A stretch of 64,000 nucleotides of DNA from a virus, in the IMG/VR virus record IMGVR_UViG_3300047319_000410, positions 3,599 through 67,598 of that record. One strand, 5' to 3'. Each line of letters opens with the position of its first letter. Position 1 is the first letter of the stretch. A program made the translations under genes and the position numbers. Below are positions 58,539 to 64,000 of the stretch, piece by piece. A model generated the notes under the pieces. It searched no databases, was not told the origin of the DNA, and was given only the letters and a program-made list of their open reading frames with translations.

Positions 58539-59531
58539 TTAGAAGAATATCCTCCACACTATTTTAAGTAAAGCTACCGGAGGATTTCCTGTTGGTAATA
58601 AATCGCTCTCCGCTGTAGTTAAATCTCTTAAGAATGACTTTTTAGAAAATAATTTAAATGGAATAGAAGAAGGATAAGTAGTAAAATTAAACGGTGCTGA
58701 GGAAGTTTGTAATAATAATTTTGTATTAATAGCCCACAAACCTAAACTATAAATTCCACCATATAATTGTAATAACTCCATATCTCCGTCATACATTTGA
58801 GTTATATAAGCTACTTCCCTTAAAGAAGAGAACGTAGAGTTAGAAGATACAATAAAATTACCATCTATATTAGTTTGGGCTGAGGCTGCGTAGTTTAATT
58901 TAACATAACCTCTATAATCCATTGTGCCTCTTAAATTATAAGCCCCCATACACTTATTATATTGTCCTATAGTAGTGTTATTATAAGAGCTAACATGCAC
59001 GGAAGTTCCGCTTCCCTGAGACACGGGCCAACACCCGGAAGCTATAGCCTGAGCGGCTGTGAGTCCTAATTGAGAGGAAAACTGAATGAAATTAGGTAGT
59101 TGATAGAAGGTCGCAGAGGAGTCATAAGGATAGATTCCAGGCTCTAAAACCTTATCTATAGGACTAGGATAAGTTGGAAGCCCATGAACATTAGTATATC
59201 CCTTATGATAACCAGCAGCGGATACCCATGAATAAGGTACATTATTGCTATCTGTGCTTGGTCTTGTAGTACCATCTAATACAGTAAAAGTAGATCCATG
59301 TAAATTACCATAATAAGAGGATGCATCTTTACCAAAAGAAATAGCCTGAACAGTCCAGTTAGAAGTATTTAAAACCGCAGATGCAGTAGGTATATTAGCT
59401 ATAAAAGGAGGAATGGTCATCATTTCCGCAATTATTTTGCGTGCTTCATCTACAATAAGATTTCCCTCTTTATGGACTAGCCTTTCGGTTCCATCTTGGA
59501 AAACTTTATAAATTTCTACTTGTCCATTCAT
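58539..59531 (-). CDS. baseplate/tail-fibre attachment protein (paralog)
   Basis: GQVEIY..NLIV and IVWRIF ends parallel to the downstream gene. Confidence 0.55.
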   Translation of the reverse strand: MNGQVEIYKVFQDGTERLVHKEGNLIVDEARKIIAEMMTIPPFIANIPTASAVLNTSNWTVQAISFGKDASSYYGNLHGSTFTVLDGTTRPSTDSNNVPYSWVSAAGYHKGYTNVHGLPTYPSPIDKVLEPGIYPYDSSATFYQLPNFIQFSSQLGLTAAQAIASGCWPVSQGSGTSVHVSSYNNTTIGQYNKCMGAYNLRGTMDYRGYVKLNYAASAQTNIDGNFIVSSNSTFSSLREVAYITQMYDGDMELLQLYGGIYSLGLWAINTKLLLQTSSAPFNFTTYPSSIPFKLFSKKSFLRDLTTAESDLLPTGNPPVALLKIVWRIFF

Positions 59532-62500
59532 TATTGACTAATATCTATTGAAGTATAAGCTCCATTAAAAGTCCCACCAGAAGTAGAGTGGGGGGTCCAT
59601 TCTGGGTGAATCCTATAATTTATTCTACTCCCCCCACTAACATCAAACATTCCAGAAGTAGTTGGTGCATAACGAGATCCAGGCCCCTCTGAACAATAAT
59701 TAAAAAATCTAACTACATTAGTAACTTCATCCTGTGTATATTCTGAAACTCTATTATTTTCTGTTACATCTATTATACTTATCTCATCAAATATCTGATA
59801 ATAATTTCCTGTGATATTTGGTACCGTAAAAATATCTAAAATATAGTTTTGATTTAATCTATGAACTGGTCCAAGAGTTTTAGAATATGAATCTAGAGCT
59901 ATAATTTTAGAATTCATAGTATTAAAAGATAAGCCTACATTAGTAAAGTTTGCCTGTATTATAGGTATATTTCCTACTCCATTTATTACTGTTCCTTGTA
60001 TTGTTACATTTTCATAACACGCAGAAACTATAGTATTATTACCCCCTGGGAACGTGGGAGTAGCTAAAGGAAACGAAACTAATTTAGCTAAGTTATTATT
60101 AATATATGCTAAAGAAGATAAAAGTGTATAAGGAGTAGAAATCCATAAATTTTTATCAAAGTTATAAGACCAAGAAACTCCATTTTCTATTCCGGTATGT
60201 AACCATACTCCTAATATACTTCCTCCTATTTGATCTCCAGTATAAGTTCCAGGAAGTACATTTATATTTAAATTAAAATTATGTTCTGGAATAAGAGTAT
60301 TTCTAGAGGGGCCATATGCACTTAAATTAAATCTTAGTCTTGGGGCACCATTTAAAGCAGTTACTTTTATAAGAGGATTTCTAACAAAGAAATCTTCTTC
60401 AAGAAATCTTGCCTGGGCCTGATCTATATTAAAGATTTCTATATTATTTCTAGCTGCTGCCCCAGAAGTATCAATAAACTCTACTCCACTAATAAAATTA
60501 GCATTTCTAAATTCTGGTCTAATTATAAAATAATCAGGAATAAATGATGAAACAAGATAAGTACCTAATCCAGAGGCGATTCCTGCTTTACTTAATACTC
60601 CAGTACCATTATTATAATTAATAGGTATAGCATTATTAAAAGTAGAAGCAGCAAACTCTGGGTGTGCTGCTAAAGCCGATCCTTGTATAAATAATGTTCC
60701 ATTATAGAGAAGAGGTCCATAAGCATGAGAAAATATATCAAATCCACCGTTGCTAGATTGATTAGTAATTATATTTTTTCTAAATACACTTGTAAAATCT
60801 CTGTAAAATCTATGCATCCCATCTCCAAAACTAAAACTATAATATTCATTTAAACTAGATGGAAAAGTTCCTATAATAGCTTGAAAAGATTCTGGTAGAT
60901 TATAAAAGCTAGAAAAGATTGTAGTTGGAAGTCCACCAGGAAAGAAATCAGGAATACTGCTAGCAATTTTATTTAATTCTCTACGAAGTCCAACAGAATA
61001 CATTGTCTGTATTATTTGTGGAGTTTGCCCTCTATCAACATAACGATCACACGTAGAAGTAGTAATTGTTTCTAATCCCCTACATGGGAAAGTATTACTT
61101 ACATTATAACCATAAAAACTATCACTAGCATTATAACCTTCACAATAATCATAAATTCCTAAGGAAGATGCTATTGCAGAAGCAAACTCTAATGTAGATG
61201 GTATTAATCCTAATGGGATATAAGAAGATAAATATGAAGCATAGGCCCCAGTAGAAAGATCCATTATATTAGGAGATGGCATATCAAATCCTGTTCTATG
61301 GAAATGTCCACTTCTCTTTAGTAAATGGAAATAATCTCTCCTTCTTATAGATCTTCTTCCTAAATTAGATAATGCAGGAGCGCCAGAAGGACCATCCGAC
61401 ATTAATAAATCTGCTATGTTATCAACATCTCCTTTAGAGAAGTGATGCCCACTAGCAGACATATTAACCCCAGAAAACTCAGGACCTCCATATGCCATTC
61501 CTGACGGAAATGCTACTTCAAATTCTACAGGATAAATAAATGTAGTGCAAAAGTTATCAGAGTATGTTTTTGCATCTACTAATAAATTTATAAATAATAA
61601 AATTTCAGGTATAGAATGGAATGGACTAAATTCATTTATAAATCTAGAAGCCGTAATAACAGATAAGAAACTACTTGCATCATAATTAACAGAGTTAAAA
61701 TTAATAGAACTAGCTGTAAATACAAGTCTAAAGTGAGAAGACTTACCATTCCATAGGGTCATGTATTCTATTCTATTTCTACTAGAATCACTAATTATCT
61801 CTGCAAAGTTAGGAGGATTAATAGAAGAGGGAGTGAAAAATAACCAAGCATTGTTATAGGTTATCTCAGTAGCTCCAGATTTAATAGTATACTGTTCAAT
61901 ATAATTTAATAGATTATCTAAATATCCAGTATCTACACCAAAACAACTTAAAACTTTAATTAATTCTTGTAGTAGATCATTAGTGATAAATTGATGCTCG
62001 TAATATTTTATTTCTTCCCAAGGAGGAATAGGAAATAATCTATCCCTATATTTAAATATAAAATTTGGATCAGCTAAATTCCAAGGAGTTCCTGCTAAGT
62101 AAAATAAATTTGGAAACTTTCTTACTAAATCTAAAATTATATAATCTACCGCATATCTTACATTTTGGTCAAAACTTTTAGTGGTAAAATCTGCTACACC
62201 TAAAGACTGTGCTATATCAGGAGTCCAACTATTAAATCCATCCGCAAATAAGAAAGACTCAGTTAATAAAGAATAATAAATTAAATAAGGAATATAAGAT
62301 TCATATAATTCTATTATTCCTGAAACCGGATCAAAAATAGCAGTTGGAATAATGGTATTGATAGCTGCCTGTAAAGCTTTCTTAGTTCCTTTTGCTTTAT
62401 AGATAGTAGTAGCTAATCTTAATTGTAATCTCCACTTTTCAGGATTATTGGAAACTAATCTCCATCCAATCATATGTGCTAATAAAGGAAGAAATTCATT

Positions 62501-63421
62501 AGGGCATCTATCAACATCTAAGAGCGTATTTAATAATTCAATATTAGAATTAACATCATAAATACCAAAACTAAATGCTTTTAATAATCGTTCAAAAGGA
62601 CCTGCTGAGTCTAGAGTATTTAATAAAACTCCAGCATCAATATAATTTTGGAAAGCATTCTTTACAGTATTGTCTGAGTTATCGCTCTGTAAAGTATTAT
62701 AAACGATATTAGTTAAAGTATTTAATTGTTGAAGGCCACTAGGATTAATTGAACTTAAATAATTTGATGGAATATATTGCCTAAATAAAGAACTAGTGTT
62801 CTGATTATTCCATAAGATATAATTAAGAATCTGTATTCCATCATCAATTCCTAATGTATTCCCTTTATAGATAACATCTGTATATTTTTGAGATATAAAA
62901 GAAGACGGATCAGAAGTTAATCCATTACATGAGGTATTTAATAAATAAAATAATCCTAAATTATTAATTAAATATTCATGATTAGCAGAAGGAGTGGTAG
63001 CGAATATTGTACTATTAACTCCTAGTCTAGTATCTGGAAGTATGGTGGAATCTAAAAAGGCTTTAAAATCTGTACTAGTATCAAAATTTACATATCCGAA
63101 TCCTAATGGATTTAAAATTTGTCTTTCAAATATAATAGGATCAATTAATGTTAAACCATTTTGTTTAATAAAATATGGAGATAGTCCATTAATTGTGTTG
63201 ATAGAAGAAAAATTAGAGGTAGCAGATATATGTAAAATATTGTTAGCATTAGCAACAAATTGAATATGCTTATTAATTATATCAGCTAAAGGATCTAAGT
63301 ACTGACCACTTAAAGCCATGTCCTCTTCAAGATAGACCTTAGGAGTAATAATCTTGAGAGTTTCAAGATAATTTGTTTTATAAAAATTCTTATCTAGGAA
63401 ACCTATTTCTTGGAGAGTCAT
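59531..63421 (-). CDS. baseplate wedge protein with P2 gpI-like domain
   Basis: LLDVDRCPNEFLPLLAHMIGW...YKAKGTKKAL; follows the gp6-like gene. Confidence 0.75.
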   Translation of the reverse strand: MTLQEIGFLDKNFYKTNYLETLKIITPKVYLEEDMALSGQYLDPLADIINKHIQFVANANNILHISATSNFSSINTINGLSPYFIKQNGLTLIDPIIFERQILNPLGFGYVNFDTSTDFKAFLDSTILPDTRLGVNSTIFATTPSANHEYLINNLGLFYLLNTSCNGLTSDPSSFISQKYTDVIYKGNTLGIDDGIQILNYILWNNQNTSSLFRQYIPSNYLSSINPSGLQQLNTLTNIVYNTLQSDNSDNTVKNAFQNYIDAGVLLNTLDSAGPFERLLKAFSFGIYDVNSNIELLNTLLDVDRCPNEFLPLLAHMIGWRLVSNNPEKWRLQLRLATTIYKAKGTKKALQAAINTIIPTAIFDPVSGIIELYESYIPYLIYYSLLTESFLFADGFNSWTPDIAQSLGVADFTTKSFDQNVRYAVDYIILDLVRKFPNLFYLAGTPWNLADPNFIFKYRDRLFPIPPWEEIKYYEHQFITNDLLQELIKVLSCFGVDTGYLDNLLNYIEQYTIKSGATEITYNNAWLFFTPSSINPPNFAEIISDSSRNRIEYMTLWNGKSSHFRLVFTASSINFNSVNYDASSFLSVITASRFINEFSPFHSIPEILLFINLLVDAKTYSDNFCTTFIYPVEFEVAFPSGMAYGGPEFSGVNMSASGHHFSKGDVDNIADLLMSDGPSGAPALSNLGRRSIRRRDYFHLLKRSGHFHRTGFDMPSPNIMDLSTGAYASYLSSYIPLGLIPSTLEFASAIASSLGIYDYCEGYNASDSFYGYNVSNTFPCRGLETITTSTCDRYVDRGQTPQIIQTMYSVGLRRELNKIASSIPDFFPGGLPTTIFSSFYNLPESFQAIIGTFPSSLNEYYSFSFGDGMHRFYRDFTSVFRKNIITNQSSNGGFDIFSHAYGPLLYNGTLFIQGSALAAHPEFAASTFNNAIPINYNNGTGVLSKAGIASGLGTYLVSSFIPDYFIIRPEFRNANFISGVEFIDTSGAAARNNIEIFNIDQAQARFLEEDFFVRNPLIKVTALNGAPRLRFNLSAYGPSRNTLIPEHNFNLNINVLPGTYTGDQIGGSILGVWLHTGIENGVSWSYNFDKNLWISTPYTLLSSLAYINNNLAKLVSFPLATPTFPGGNNTIVSACYENVTIQGTVINGVGNIPIIQANFTNVGLSFNTMNSKIIALDSYSKTLGPVHRLNQNYILDIFTVPNITGNYYQIFDEISIIDVTENNRVSEYTQDEVTNVVRFFNYCSEGPGSRYAPTTSGMFDVSGGSRINYRIHPEWTPHSTSGGTFNGAYTSIDISQ

Positions 63422-64000
63422 TATACTAATACTATATTAATAGTTAAGTTATTTAAACTTATAAATTCATTAAAATCTACTGTAATATCACTATCTAGAT
63501 TGTCTACTGTAGAATATCTAACCTCTGGAATTTCAAATAGGGTTCTAAGAAACTCAGCAATAATAAATGGTTCTCCAAAATCTCTATCGTCTACATTAAA
63601 GAAATTAACTACTGCGTCATTAACTTTTAATTTAATTTGATTTTGTTGTTGATTTAATTCTTGGTCTATTCTAACAGATATAACTAGATCCAGTCCTCTA
63701 ACTACTCCGTCTACTACTACTATTTCGTCAGTAATCATTTTCTTAGGCTCCATAGCATTAAGAAGGTCTGACTTATACTGTACGGATGCTTTTTGTAATT
63801 GAGCGGTATCGGCAATCTCTAATACATAAACATCAATTATATTAGCTGAACTATAAGCTTTTCTAACCGCAGCGACTCCCTTTCCCATAGTCCCTAATTG
63901 GCTAACAAAGTTATTAGTAAATTCTGAGAAATCTTCTCCAGTCACTAATCTATCTTGTCGTCTAAATGTATAGGGAGCATATCTCTTAGCATGAGCAACG
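63421..64000 (-). CDS. baseplate wedge protein (gp6/baseplate J-like), 3' part
   Basis: Frame is open to the window edge: AKRYAPYTFRRQDRLVTGEDF, the conserved gp6/J motif. Confidence 0.85.
   Translation of the reverse strand, partial: VAHAKRYAPYTFRRQDRLVTGEDFSEFTNNFVSQLGTMGKGVAAVRKAYSSANIIDVYVLEIADTAQLQKASVQYKSDLLNAMEPKKMITDEIVVVDGVVRGLDLVISVRIDQELNQQQNQIKLKVNDAVVNFFNVDDRDFGEPFIIAEFLRTLFEIPEVRYSTVDNLDSDITVDFNEFISLNNLTINIVLV

Noticed and set aside
2344-63640. Short plus-strand or nested ORFs in the track (e.g. 2344, 6512, 7407, 8180, 11879, 14059, 19677, 24721, 27652, 30560, 37274, 48380, 51231, 62994, 63410)
   Set aside because: They lie within well-supported minus-strand genes and have no motifs; shadow ORFs
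1-64000. CRISPR array, integrase, transposase, rRNA or reverse transcriptase
   Set aside because: No regularly spaced repeats or matching protein motifs were seen by eye

Overview
This is a 64 kb AT-rich segment of a large T4-like myovirus genome, transcribed almost entirely on the minus strand. No host can be assigned from the sequence. Left to right it holds: (1) the 5' end of a recA/uvsX gene, a tRNA-Asn and an atypical tRNA-like gene; (2) an ~18.6 kb translationally coupled glycan operon with 7 glycosyltransferase-like genes, Gmd, a His-type ColD-like dehydratase and an Fcl/ColC-like reductase (a GDP-colitose-like route), two ThDP-dependent alpha/beta pairs with no E2/E3, two B12-binding radical SAM enzymes, a methyltransferase, a cupin, DJ-1/PfpI and an NDP-sugar epimerase; (3) a replication block with gp32, UvsY, gp41, dCMP deaminase, class II RNR, gp46/47, MazG, a family A DNA polymerase split into three genes, a gp55-like sigma factor and a resolvase; (4) a morphogenesis block with tube, sheath, a gp15 fused to an alpha/beta-hydrolase, neck, an HNH gene, capsid, scaffold, protease, basic putative head polyproteins, PAAR and baseplate genes. 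The best candidates for new biology are the branched/deoxy-sugar glycosylation system (possibly targeting Ser-rich virion proteins), the tripartite PolA, the neck-borne hydrolase and the protease-released basic head peptides. All product calls come from motif recognition by eye; no database searches were run.
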